NCBI RefSeq assembly: GCF_001735745.1 | Contig: NZ_CP017260.1 | Span: forward strand, 600,001-632,000 | Reading direction: 5' to 3' | Length of the DNA stretch: 32,000 nucleotides | DNA from: Formosa sp. Hel1_33_131 | Lineage (GTDB): Bacteria; Bacteroidota; Bacteroidia; Flavobacteriales; Flavobacteriaceae | Part shown: piece after piece, positions 23,474 through 32,000 of the stretch | How the letters are laid out: each line of letters begins with the position of its first letter | Numbering within the stretch: position 1 is the stretch's first letter | Made by a program: the position numbers and the translations under genes | The notes under the pieces: generated by a model | The model's database searches: none | The model's input: the letters and a program-made list of their open reading frames with translations, nothing else | Told to the model about the DNA's origin: nothing

Positions 23474-24457
23474 ATGAAAAAAAATATTGCCATCATCATG
23501 GGCGGATATTCTAGCGAATATTTAATCTCTTTAAAAAGCGGAAGCGTTGTCTATGACAGTTTACCCAAAGACGCCTACAATGCGTATTGCGTCCATATTT
23601 TTAAAGATAAATGGGTATATGTCGCGGATGATTTAAAAGAATACCCCGTAAATAAAGCTGATTTCTCCATCTTAGTTGAGGGTTCAAAAATCAATTTTGA
23701 CTGTGTATTTAATGCCATTCACGGCAGTCCGGGGGAAGATGGAACCATCCAAGCCTATTTTGAATTGTTATCCATTCCACACACCAGTTGTGGCATGTAT
23801 CAAGCAGCGCTCACCTTTAATAAACGAGACTGTTTAAGTGCCTTAAAGCCTTACGGAATTCTCATGGCAGACTCCTATTTTTTGAATGTCGGCGATGCGA
23901 TTGCCCCTACAGCCATTGAAAAAGCGGTCGGATTTCCTTGTTTTGTGAAAGCCAATAAGGCCGGAAGTAGTTTTGGAATTACAAAAGTTTATTCAAAAGC
24001 GGACTTGCCAAAGGCTATAGAAGTTGCTTTTAAGGAAGATGATGAGCTCATTATTGAATCGTTTTTAGATGGGACCGAAGTGTCGGTTGGCGTCATTCGT
24101 TATAAAGGAGTTACTACCGTACTCCCAATCACTGAAATTGTAACGGATAATGACTTTTTTGATTACGAAGCAAAATATTTAGGCAAATCACAAGAAATTA
24201 CTCCCGCACGTTTGAGCGCAACGCAAGAAGCAGACGTCCGAAAGGCCGCAAAACATATTTATGAGGTTTTGAAATTAGATGGGTTTTCTAGAAGTGAATT
24301 TATTTTTAAAGATGGTCAACCGCATTTTTTAGAAGTCAATACAATACCAGGGCTTACCAAGGAAAGTATCTTACCACAGCAAGCAGCACAGGCGGGAATT
24401 TCGATGTCCGACTTGTTTGACAACGCCATTCAGCAAGCACTTCATAAAAATCCTTAA
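23474..24457 (+). CDS. ddl: D-alanine--D-alanine ligase
   Basis: ATP-grasp; ..HGSPGEDGTIQ..FVKANKAGSSFG..LEVNTIPG.. Confidence 0.92.
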   Translation: MKKNIAIIMGGYSSEYLISLKSGSVVYDSLPKDAYNAYCVHIFKDKWVYVADDLKEYPVNKADFSILVEGSKINFDCVFNAIHGSPGEDGTIQAYFELLSIPHTSCGMYQAALTFNKRDCLSALKPYGILMADSYFLNVGDAIAPTAIEKAVGFPCFVKANKAGSSFGITKVYSKADLPKAIEVAFKEDDELIIESFLDGTEVSVGVIRYKGVTTVLPITEIVTDNDFFDYEAKYLGKSQEITPARLSATQEADVRKAAKHIYEVLKLDGFSRSEFIFKDGQPHFLEVNTIPGLTKESILPQQAAQAGISMSDLFDNAIQQALHKNP

Positions 24458-24466
24458 CTTTACAAA

Positions 24467-24928
24467 ATGAAGAAAGCAATTTTTCCAGGCTCATTTGACC
24501 CAATTACTCTAGGACATGTAGATATCATTAACAGAGGCGTGACCTTGTTTGACGAAGTGATTGTAGCCATTGGCGAAAATTCTTCTAAAAACTATATGTT
24601 TTCATTAGAAGAACGCAAACGGTTTATTGAGAATACTTTTAAGGACAATCCAAAAGTATCAGTGGTATCCTACAGTGGTTTGACCACCGATTTTTGTAAA
24701 GAGATTGGAGTGGAATTTATTCTAAGAGGCTTGCGGAATCCTGCAGATTTTGAATTTGAAAAGGCCATCGCACAAACCAATCGGCATTTATCAACCTTAG
24801 AAACAGTCTTTTTGCTCACCTCTGCACAAACCTCGTTTATCTCCTCCTCTATTGTGAGGGAAATTATTCGCTTTGATGGTGATTACCAAAAACTAGTGCC
24901 CAACTCCGTACGTGTTAAAAACCCCTAG
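24467..24928 (+). CDS. coaD: pantetheine-phosphate adenylyltransferase
   Basis: FPGSFDPITLGHVDII and SSSIVREI. Confidence 0.92.
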   Translation: MKKAIFPGSFDPITLGHVDIINRGVTLFDEVIVAIGENSSKNYMFSLEERKRFIENTFKDNPKVSVVSYSGLTTDFCKEIGVEFILRGLRNPADFEFEKAIAQTNRHLSTLETVFLLTSAQTSFISSSIVREIIRFDGDYQKLVPNSVRVKNP

Positions 24929-26547
24929 AGTTTGTACTCTGAAAGTGCTTTTGTAAAAGCTTCTGGATTTTCGGCCAAATGGTAGCGTGGATCGTCAATC
25001 GCTTCAACTATAACCTCTTTAAATAAGGGGCTAGATTTGTACAACAAAATCTTACAATCTTCGCTCAGGTGTTTCAAGTGAATTGCTTTGCCTTCTTCTT
25101 TATACTTCGCCACGAGATTCGATATTGCTTCAATAGCCGAATGATCGCTTATACGTGACTCCACAAAATCAATTTCAACAGATTGAGGGTCGTTTTTAAC
25201 ATCAAACTTATCATTAAAAGCGGTGATACTTCCAAAGAATAATGGACCCCAAATTTCGTAAACTTTCGTACCATCTTCTTTGATGCGTTTTCGAGCACGA
25301 ATGCGCTTTGCGTTTTCCCAAGAAAATACAAGTGCACTCACAATGACACCAGAAATCACAGCGATTGCTAAATCAAAAAAGACCGTCATTGACGACACTA
25401 ATATCAATACAAACACATCTGTCTTTGGAATTTTATTGATGATTCTAAAACTAGACCATGCAAACGTACCTATTACGACCATAAACATAACGCCTACCAA
25501 AGCTGCAATCGGCACTTGTTCTATAAGACCCGATGCAAATAAGATAAAGGCTAAAAGTGCCAATGCGGCTACAATCCCTGAAAGACGTCCTCTTCCGCCT
25601 CCTTTAATATTGATAATCGACTGTCCAATCATTGCACAACCACCCATTCCACCAAAGATTCCGGTGATAATGTTTGCGCCTCCTTGGGCCATACATTCTC
25701 TATTGGAATTTCCTCGTGTTTCAGTGAGTTCATCAATTAAATTTAAGGTCATTAAAGATTCAATCAACCCAATCGCAGCAAGAATCAATGCATAGGGCCC
25801 GATGAATTTTAGAGTTTCAAAATTAAGGGGGATCTTTTCAAAAATAGCCCATTGTGGAAGTGGCAAGCCCCCTTTTAAACCGTCGCCACCACCATCTCTA
25901 ATAAAGCTTCCAACAGTAGCAACATCTAAATCTCCAAAAATAACAATTGCAGAAACCACCAAAATAGCCACAAGTGCCTCCGGTAATTTTTTAGTGAGTT
26001 GCGGCAGCCCAAACATAATGGCAATGGTCAATCCCACCAAACCAATCATGGTCCATAAAGACGCACCTTGCATCCATACCATTTCGCCATTTTCAGACGT
26101 CATAAACATACTTAATTGAGAGAGGAAAATAACAATTGCCAATCCGTTTACAAAGCCCATCATCACAGGGTGTGGAATCAAACGGACAAATTTACCAAGT
26201 TTAAAAACACCTGCTAAAACTTGAATAATTCCCATTAAAATAACGGTCAAAAACAGATAGTAAAGTCCCATTTCATCACCTTCGGCTCCCATTGCATTTC
26301 CACGCGCTACCAGACTTACCATGACGACGGCTAAAGCTCCTGTAGCACCACTGATCATTCCTGGACGTCCTCCAAAAATAGAGGTGATTAATCCAACCAT
26401 GAACGCTGCATACAATCCTACCAAAGGATCAACTCCTGCAACAAAGGCAAATGCCACGGCTTCTGGCACTAAGGCCAATGCAACCGTGAGGCCACTTAAA
26501 ATATCATTTTTAACATTACTAGAACGCTTACTTATAAACTCCATCAT
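24925..26547 (-). CDS. SulP family inorganic anion transporter (second paralogue) with STAS domain
   Basis: ..LSGLTVALALVPEAVAFAFVAGV.. core plus a STAS tail. 4-nt convergent overlap with coaD. Confidence 0.88.
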   Translation of the reverse strand: MMEFISKRSSNVKNDILSGLTVALALVPEAVAFAFVAGVDPLVGLYAAFMVGLITSIFGGRPGMISGATGALAVVMVSLVARGNAMGAEGDEMGLYYLFLTVILMGIIQVLAGVFKLGKFVRLIPHPVMMGFVNGLAIVIFLSQLSMFMTSENGEMVWMQGASLWTMIGLVGLTIAIMFGLPQLTKKLPEALVAILVVSAIVIFGDLDVATVGSFIRDGGGDGLKGGLPLPQWAIFEKIPLNFETLKFIGPYALILAAIGLIESLMTLNLIDELTETRGNSNRECMAQGGANIITGIFGGMGGCAMIGQSIINIKGGGRGRLSGIVAALALLAFILFASGLIEQVPIAALVGVMFMVVIGTFAWSSFRIINKIPKTDVFVLILVSSMTVFFDLAIAVISGVIVSALVFSWENAKRIRARKRIKEDGTKVYEIWGPLFFGSITAFNDKFDVKNDPQSVEIDFVESRISDHSAIEAISNLVAKYKEEGKAIHLKHLSEDCKILLYKSSPLFKEVIVEAIDDPRYHLAENPEAFTKALSEYKL

Positions 26548-26649
26548 TTTCAGTCAATTTTGCTGGCAAAAATAAACTTATTGAAAGTGATAACAACTGT
26601 AAAGGGCGTTTATTTGAAGATTTTTATAAAAACACGGAATCCATTTCTC

Positions 26650-27231
26650 TTAAATGAGCAGTTTAATATTCGCATAAGAATTATTTAAAACTTTTTGAAG
26701 TTTGGTTTCGGGAATCCATTTGACTTTAGTGATGCCTTCTTTTTCTTGTGGAATTAGTTTTCCGTCATATTCAGAATACATTTCGAACCAATAGGTGACT
26801 TTAATATAGTTCCGATCATTTCTTTTAAATATATGGTAGGTGATTTCTAAGGGCTTGGTAATGCTCAAGCCTGTAATGCCTGTTTCTTCTTCTACCTCTC
26901 GAAGTGCGGTGAAATTAATCGTTTCCTTTGCTTCTGCTTTTCCTTTGGGCAAATCCCATTTTCCATTTCTGAAAATAAATAAAATTTCATTTTTTGGATT
27001 ATAAACCTTTCCACCCCCTGCAATCACATTTGGTAATAAGGAAAGGAATTTTTTCAGGAGTACATCTTTATCGGGTCCAATTAGACGCACCGAATTATAT
27101 TTATCTTTTCTAAGTTTTGAAAGTACTTTGTTAATATCCACTGAATCAATCAGAATGTTCTTGAAATCTGTTTCAGTTTCTAGTTTGGTTGTGAGGACTA
27201 TTGGTTTATTACCAACAAATATTTTATACAT
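26650..27231 (-). CDS. NUDIX hydrolase
   Basis: Nudix box GKWDLPKGKAEAKETINFTALREVEEETG. Confidence 0.85.
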   Translation of the reverse strand: MYKIFVGNKPIVLTTKLETETDFKNILIDSVDINKVLSKLRKDKYNSVRLIGPDKDVLLKKFLSLLPNVIAGGGKVYNPKNEILFIFRNGKWDLPKGKAEAKETINFTALREVEEETGITGLSITKPLEITYHIFKRNDRNYIKVTYWFEMYSEYDGKLIPQEKEGITKVKWIPETKLQKVLNNSYANIKLLI

Positions 27232-27290
27232 TGTTAATTAAAAACTAATTAATAGAAAGTAAAAGTAGTTATTTTTAGTAATTTTGACAC

Positions 27291-27935
27291 ATGATTTTCA
27301 ACAAAAGTACCGCCAAAAAAACTGCAGAAGTTTTACTTCAGATAAATGCCATCAAATTAAACCCGAAAAACCCCTTTACATGGGCTTCGGGATGGAAGTC
27401 TCCCATCTATTGTGACAACCGTTTGGTCTTATCGTTTCCAGTCGTTAGAAACTATATCAAAGAAGAGATTGCTAAAAACATAGAAATCGAGTTCGGAAAA
27501 CCGGATGTGATTGCAGGCGTTGCAACGGGTGCCATTGGTATTGGAGCTTTGGTTGCAGAATATCTTGGGCTTCCTTTTGTATATGTGCGTCCAGAAGCAA
27601 AAAAGCATGGCCGTCAAAATCAAATTGAAGGATTTATCGAGAAAGGTCAGAATGTAGTAGTTGTAGAAGATTTGATCAGTACAGGAAACAGTAGCTTGGT
27701 GGCGGTAGATGCTTTAAAAGCTGCCGAAGTCAATGTAAAAGGAATGGTTGCTATTTTTACTTATGGCTTTGATGTTTCAAAAGAAAATTTTAAAACTAAC
27801 AATGTCAATCTTTTTACACTCAGTAATTACGAAAGTTTGTTAGAGCAAGCTTTAGACACCAACTTCATCAACCAAGCTGAAGTGGATGTGTTGTCAAAAT
27901 GGAATTCAAATCCATCGGAATGGTCCGGCAAATAA
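27291..27935 (+). CDS. pyrE: orotate phosphoribosyltransferase
   Basis: PRPP-binding loop VVVVEDLISTGNSS and full-length PyrE-like sequence. Confidence 0.9.
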   Translation: MIFNKSTAKKTAEVLLQINAIKLNPKNPFTWASGWKSPIYCDNRLVLSFPVVRNYIKEEIAKNIEIEFGKPDVIAGVATGAIGIGALVAEYLGLPFVYVRPEAKKHGRQNQIEGFIEKGQNVVVVEDLISTGNSSLVAVDALKAAEVNVKGMVAIFTYGFDVSKENFKTNNVNLFTLSNYESLLEQALDTNFINQAEVDVLSKWNSNPSEWSGK

Positions 27936-27943
27936 ATTTAGAT

Positions 27944-28339
27944 ATGAAATTAGAATCAACAAAAGTAAGTCTTGACAAATCAGCTCAAGAAGTGTTTAAT
28001 TTTTTAACGAATGTTGAGAATTTTGAACAATTGATGCCCGAAAACATCAGTAAGTTTAAACTCATAGACGCGGACACCTTCTTATTTGCCTTGAGTGGAA
28101 TGCCAGAAATTGTTTTGAAGAAAAAATCAATGGAATCTCCACATACGATTGTATTGGGAGCTGCTGGTGGGAAAATAGATTTTTCATTAACAGCTAAAAT
28201 TGATTCCCCTACGAAAACTCAAAGTGAGGTTCAATTAACATTTGAAGGAGATTTTAATACAATGATGGCGATGATGATCAAAGCCCCAATCTCTAAATTT
28301 ATTGAAACCTTAGCGCTTAATATTCCTAAAGAAATTTAG
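27944..28339 (+). CDS. SRPBCC (START/Bet v1-like) family protein
   Basis: ~131 aa. The ATG at 27944 lies after the pyrE stop and is preferred over the overlapping 27899. Typical flavobacterial neighbour of pyrE. Confidence 0.6.
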   Translation: MKLESTKVSLDKSAQEVFNFLTNVENFEQLMPENISKFKLIDADTFLFALSGMPEIVLKKKSMESPHTIVLGAAGGKIDFSLTAKIDSPTKTQSEVQLTFEGDFNTMMAMMIKAPISKFIETLALNIPKEI

Positions 28340-29064
28340 TACAACAGCTTCAACTCTTTTAAGTCAAACTCTTTTGTAGCGTCTTCCATTTGCACACGCA
28401 ATTTTCCGGCGTCTGTCACTCCTCTGATGATCCCTGTAAATAGGGTTTGATCGGGCAATTCAAACGTAGAGGGCTTATCATTTCGGAACAGATACGATTC
28501 ATATTCTGTATTCAGAATCCCCTCCCCCGTATCGGCAAACAATCTAAAATAATATTGAAGATTCTCGATGAGTTTATGAAGTAATTCATCGGTATCAATA
28601 GGCATTCCTAAAATAGATTTCAAGGAGCTTACCTTGGACAATCCTTTAAATAATTCTTGATTGACATTAAGTCCAATACCAATCACAGAATATTCAATTC
28701 GATTCGTTTTAATTAGATTTTCAATTAAAATGCCTGCAATTTTGTGATGGTCTGACAATATGTCGTTAGGCCATTTGATCGCTAAATTTGGGACATTATA
28801 ACCTTCAAGTGTTTTCACAATCGACAAGGAAACGAGGATATTCAACAGAAATTGGCGTCGTAATCCTAGAGACGGCTTAGTCTTTAAGACGCTAAACGTA
28901 AGGTTTTTACCTTTTTCAGAGATCCACTCAGACCCCATTTGTCCTTTCCCCTTAGTTTGGTGATTGGTTGCCACCACACAAAAATCTTCTAACGCAGTGT
29001 CTATCAACAATTGTTTTAAATAATTGTTGGTAGAATCAGTGGCATTAAGTTTGATTATCTGCAT
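28336..29064 (-). CDS. birA: biotin--[acetyl-CoA-carboxylase] ligase
   Basis: ..TNHQTKGKGQMGSEW.. (GRGRxGR.W-type loop) and KWPNDIL. Confidence 0.85.
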   Translation of the reverse strand: MQIIKLNATDSTNNYLKQLLIDTALEDFCVVATNHQTKGKGQMGSEWISEKGKNLTFSVLKTKPSLGLRRQFLLNILVSLSIVKTLEGYNVPNLAIKWPNDILSDHHKIAGILIENLIKTNRIEYSVIGIGLNVNQELFKGLSKVSSLKSILGMPIDTDELLHKLIENLQYYFRLFADTGEGILNTEYESYLFRNDKPSTFELPDQTLFTGIIRGVTDAGKLRVQMEDATKEFDLKELKLLY

Positions 29065-29158
29065 AGTTCAAAATGTGGGTCTAAATTATAATATTATTAA
29101 GACAATATAAGGGGTTTAGAGCCAAAAAAGTAATAAATTTGCACAGTAAAATTAATTC

Positions 29159-29530
29159 ATGACAAAAAACATACCTAGCGCAGACGAACTCATCACTTTC
29201 ACGATTAATGGAATTGAAGACGTTAAAGGTCAAAATATTACTATTTTAGACCTGAGAGCTATCGAAAATACAGTTTGCGATTATTTCATCATTTGTGATG
29301 GAACCTCTAATACGCAAGTAAATGCTATTGTTAGTTCAATACAAAAAAAAGTTAGTAAAAACACCAAAGACAAACCTTGGCATGTTGAAGGTAGTGAAAA
29401 CGGTGAATGGGTACTGATGGATTATGTCCATGTAGTCGTTCATGTGTTTCAAAAACACATTCGTGAATACTACGATATCGAAAACCTTTGGGGCGATGCT
29501 AAGATTACCGAAATAGAAACTAGTTACTAA
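29159..29530 (+). CDS. rsfS: ribosome silencing factor RsfS
   Basis: ..DYFIICDGTSNTQV.AI.. and WVLMDY..VVVHVFQ...REYYDIE.LW. Confidence 0.9.
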   Translation: MTKNIPSADELITFTINGIEDVKGQNITILDLRAIENTVCDYFIICDGTSNTQVNAIVSSIQKKVSKNTKDKPWHVEGSENGEWVLMDYVHVVVHVFQKHIREYYDIENLWGDAKITEIETSY

Positions 29531-29544
29531 ATAAAATACGACTC

Positions 29545-31533
29545 ATGTCTAAAGATAAAAAACCTAAAAATACAAAGTTTAATGCGTACTGGATCTACGG
29601 AATTGCCATTGTACTTTTCTTGGCTTTCAATGTGTTTTCTGGCGGTTTAGGAGATTCTTCAGGGATCTCTACAACACCTTCGCAATTTTTTAAATACTTA
29701 AGAAATGGCGATGTCAAAAAAGTTGAAATCGTCAACAAAAGAGAGGCTTTGGTGTATCTAACCACAAAGGCTGCTAATAAAGACGTTCATAAAAAAACTA
29801 AAAAGGAACAACTTTTCCAAGTGGGATCAGGAGGTCCTAGTTATCAGTTTGAATTTGGTGATGTACAATTGTTTCAAAAACAATTAGAAGACACCATACA
29901 AGAAGAACAACTGGATACCGTTTTGGACTTTAAAACGGAAACCAATGCTTGGGGTGATATTTTATCCTCATTGATTCCTTTTATTTTAATCATCGGTGTT
30001 TGGATATTTATCATGCGACGTATGTCAGGTGGTGGTGGTCCAGGCGGCGGCGGCGGTCAACTCTTCAATATTGGGAAATCGAAAGCGAAGTTATTTGATG
30101 AAAAATTAGAAACCAAAACAACCTTTGAGGATGTTGCTGGACTGGAAGGTGCTAAAGAAGAAATTCAAGAGATTGTAGACTTCCTGAAACACCCCGAAAA
30201 ATATACCGCTCTTGGTGGTAAAATTCCTAAAGGTGCCTTATTAGTGGGCCCTCCAGGAACAGGTAAAACCTTGTTGGCCAAAGCAGTGGCTGGCGAAGCA
30301 AAAGCTCCTTTTTTCTCATTGTCAGGATCTGATTTTGTTGAAATGTTTGTAGGTGTTGGTGCTTCTAGAGTTAGAGATTTATTCAAGCAAGCGAAAGATA
30401 AATCGCCTTCAATCATTTTTATTGATGAAATTGATGCGATTGGACGTGCTAGAGGTAAAAATAATATGTCAGGTTCGAATGACGAAAGAGAAAATACCCT
30501 CAACCAGTTATTGACTGAAATGGATGGATTTGGCACCAATACAAATGTGATTGTTTTGGCAGCAACCAACCGAGCAGATGTCCTTGACAAGGCATTGATG
30601 AGAGCGGGTCGATTTGACCGTCAAATTTATGTTGACTTGCCAGATATCAGAGAACGAAGAGAAATTTTTGAGGTGCATTTGAAGCCCTTGAAAAAAGCGA
30701 AAAACTTAGATACTGACTTTTTATCAAAACAAACTCCAGGATTCTCTGGAGCAGATATTGCGAATGTGTGTAACGAAGCGGCACTTATTGCAGCTCGAAA
30801 TAACAAAAAAGCAGTTGAAAAACAAGATTTCTTAGATGCAGTCGATCGAATTATTGGAGGACTTGAAAAGAAAAATAAAATAATTACACCAAGTGAAAAA
30901 AGAGCGGTTGCCTTTCATGAAGCTGGCCATGCAACCGTAAGTTGGATGCTAGAACATGCGTCTCCTTTGGTTAAAGTAACCATTGTTCCAAGAGGACGTT
31001 CATTGGGTGCTGCATGGTATCTTCCCGAAGAACGACTTATTGTAAGACCTGAGCAAATGTTAGATGAAATGTGTGCTGCCTTAGGAGGTCGTGCCGCTGA
31101 AAAAGTCATCTTTGATAAAATATCAACAGGCGCTTTGAGTGATTTAGAAAAAGTAACCAAGCAAGCAAGAGCGATGGTGACTGTTTATGGATTAAGTGAT
31201 AAAATCGGGAACTTGACGTATTATGATTCTTCAGGTGAGAATGAATTTGGATTCTCGAAACCCTATAGCGAACGCACTGCTGAACTGATTGATCAAGAAA
31301 TATCAAGCATTATTGAAACACAGTACGAACGCGCTATAAAACTCTTAGAAGACAACAAAGACAAGTTAACAGAGCTGGCAGAAGTACTTCTTAAAAAAGA
31401 AGTTATTTTTAAAGACAACTTAGAAGCTATCTTTGGAAAACGTCCTTTTGTAGTCGAAGAAGCCGTCACTCCAACGCCTAAAAAAGAAGAAGCGGTAAAA
31501 CCAACTCCTAAAAAAGAGGAAGAGGAAGAATAA
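29545..31533 (+). CDS. ftsH: ATP-dependent zinc metalloprotease FtsH
   Basis: Walker A GPPGTGKT, Walker B IIFIDEIDA, SRH, Zn site HEAGHA. The tail is a tandem EEAV(T/K)PTPKK repeat. Confidence 0.95.
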   Translation: MSKDKKPKNTKFNAYWIYGIAIVLFLAFNVFSGGLGDSSGISTTPSQFFKYLRNGDVKKVEIVNKREALVYLTTKAANKDVHKKTKKEQLFQVGSGGPSYQFEFGDVQLFQKQLEDTIQEEQLDTVLDFKTETNAWGDILSSLIPFILIIGVWIFIMRRMSGGGGPGGGGGQLFNIGKSKAKLFDEKLETKTTFEDVAGLEGAKEEIQEIVDFLKHPEKYTALGGKIPKGALLVGPPGTGKTLLAKAVAGEAKAPFFSLSGSDFVEMFVGVGASRVRDLFKQAKDKSPSIIFIDEIDAIGRARGKNNMSGSNDERENTLNQLLTEMDGFGTNTNVIVLAATNRADVLDKALMRAGRFDRQIYVDLPDIRERREIFEVHLKPLKKAKNLDTDFLSKQTPGFSGADIANVCNEAALIAARNNKKAVEKQDFLDAVDRIIGGLEKKNKIITPSEKRAVAFHEAGHATVSWMLEHASPLVKVTIVPRGRSLGAAWYLPEERLIVRPEQMLDEMCAALGGRAAEKVIFDKISTGALSDLEKVTKQARAMVTVYGLSDKIGNLTYYDSSGENEFGFSKPYSERTAELIDQEISSIIETQYERAIKLLEDNKDKLTELAEVLLKKEVIFKDNLEAIFGKRPFVVEEAVTPTPKKEEAVKPTPKKEEEEE

Positions 31534-31614
31534 GTTTGAAAATAACTTTTTATTAAACCTTTATTTTTTATCTTTGGAAAGATGTAAGTTCAAAGTTTAT
31601 ATTTCAGATGAAGA

Positions 31615-32000
31615 ATGAGTGTGTTTCGTAAAATATTTGGTTCAAAAACGGATGCTTCTAAAGACAAAACTGATGAAAAAAATCAGGATCAGTTTTTAGA
31701 CTCCAGCAGCTTGCCTGTAGATGAAGCCTTTACAATCAACTTTAATAAAAATGGCGGTAAGTTTCTTTACTGCGAAAATAACGATGAAGTTCAAAGTTTT
31801 CTTGAAAATATTATTGAAGAAAATAATTGGGACAAAAAAAAGGCACTCATCCTTAATAAACATCTAAAAGAAAAATTTAAAAGTTTCAAATTTGGCTCGA
31901 CTCAAAAAACAAAAGATGCAGATTTTCTATTTACATCTTGTGAGTCTCTGATCGCAAAAGACGGATCGCTGCTTATATCCTCCAATCAAATTGCAGAAAA
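31615..32000 (+). CDS. LUD (LutC/YkgG-like) domain protein, N-terminal part (3' end outside window)
   Basis: ATG at 31615 and open to the window end; not in the ORF track. ..FTSCESLIAKDGSLLISSNQ resembles the LutC-family core. Confidence 0.6.
   Translation, partial: MSVFRKIFGSKTDASKDKTDEKNQDQFLDSSSLPVDEAFTINFNKNGGKFLYCENNDEVQSFLENIIEENNWDKKKALILNKHLKEKFKSFKFGSTQKTKDADFLFTSCESLIAKDGSLLISSNQIAE

Noticed and set aside
30025-30060. The GGT/GGC-rich run encoding GGGGPGGGGG in ftsH, considered as an unusual repeat.
   Set aside because: It lies in the Gly-rich linker that follows the second TM helix of FtsH, in frame, and is unremarkable.

Overview
This is a low-GC chromosomal segment whose gene content, synteny and promoter style look like Flavobacteriia (Bacteroidota). 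Supporting signs are TAnnTTTG -7 boxes, many lipoproteins, and a PASTA-rluD / ddl-coaD / pyrE / birA / rsfS-ftsH housekeeping block. About 24 kb (7.1-32 kb) is ordinary core genome: a TRIC channel, a MarC-family protein, a GNAT acetyltransferase, a hybrid histidine kinase, a sulP/beta-carbonic anhydrase/DUF2490 operon, a TetR regulator, an SDR, a DEAD-box helicase, yaaA, and the housekeeping genes above. The interesting part is the first ~7 kb, just downstream of a partial trpA. It holds an AT-rich accessory islet (about 410-4290) of small co-oriented gene units. (i) Two units are separated by long imperfect inverted repeats built like integron attC sites (AAC-arm...arm-GTT), and each unit is bracketed by a perfect 9-bp inverted repeat. 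(ii) The rest is a graveyard of type II toxin-antitoxin modules: one intact Gp49/HigB-like toxin with an XRE antitoxin, one 5'-truncated toxin with an intact antitoxin, one HigA remnant, and one ParE/RelE-like toxin broken by an A9 frameshift that the ORF track misses. (iii) GC-rich hairpin repeats lie among these modules. After the islet comes a translationally coupled vWA protein and ChlI-like AAA+ ATPase pair. Two further repeat families stand out. One is a ~134-bp terminator-containing intergenic element in three direct copies (276, 6954, 7791). The other is a ~122-bp near-identical leader/promoter module in front of two unrelated lipoprotein genes next to the TetR gene. I could not recognise any rRNA, tRNA, CRISPR array, transposase or integrase in this window. 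Family calls come from motif recognition by eye. Repeat coordinates are good to a few nt.
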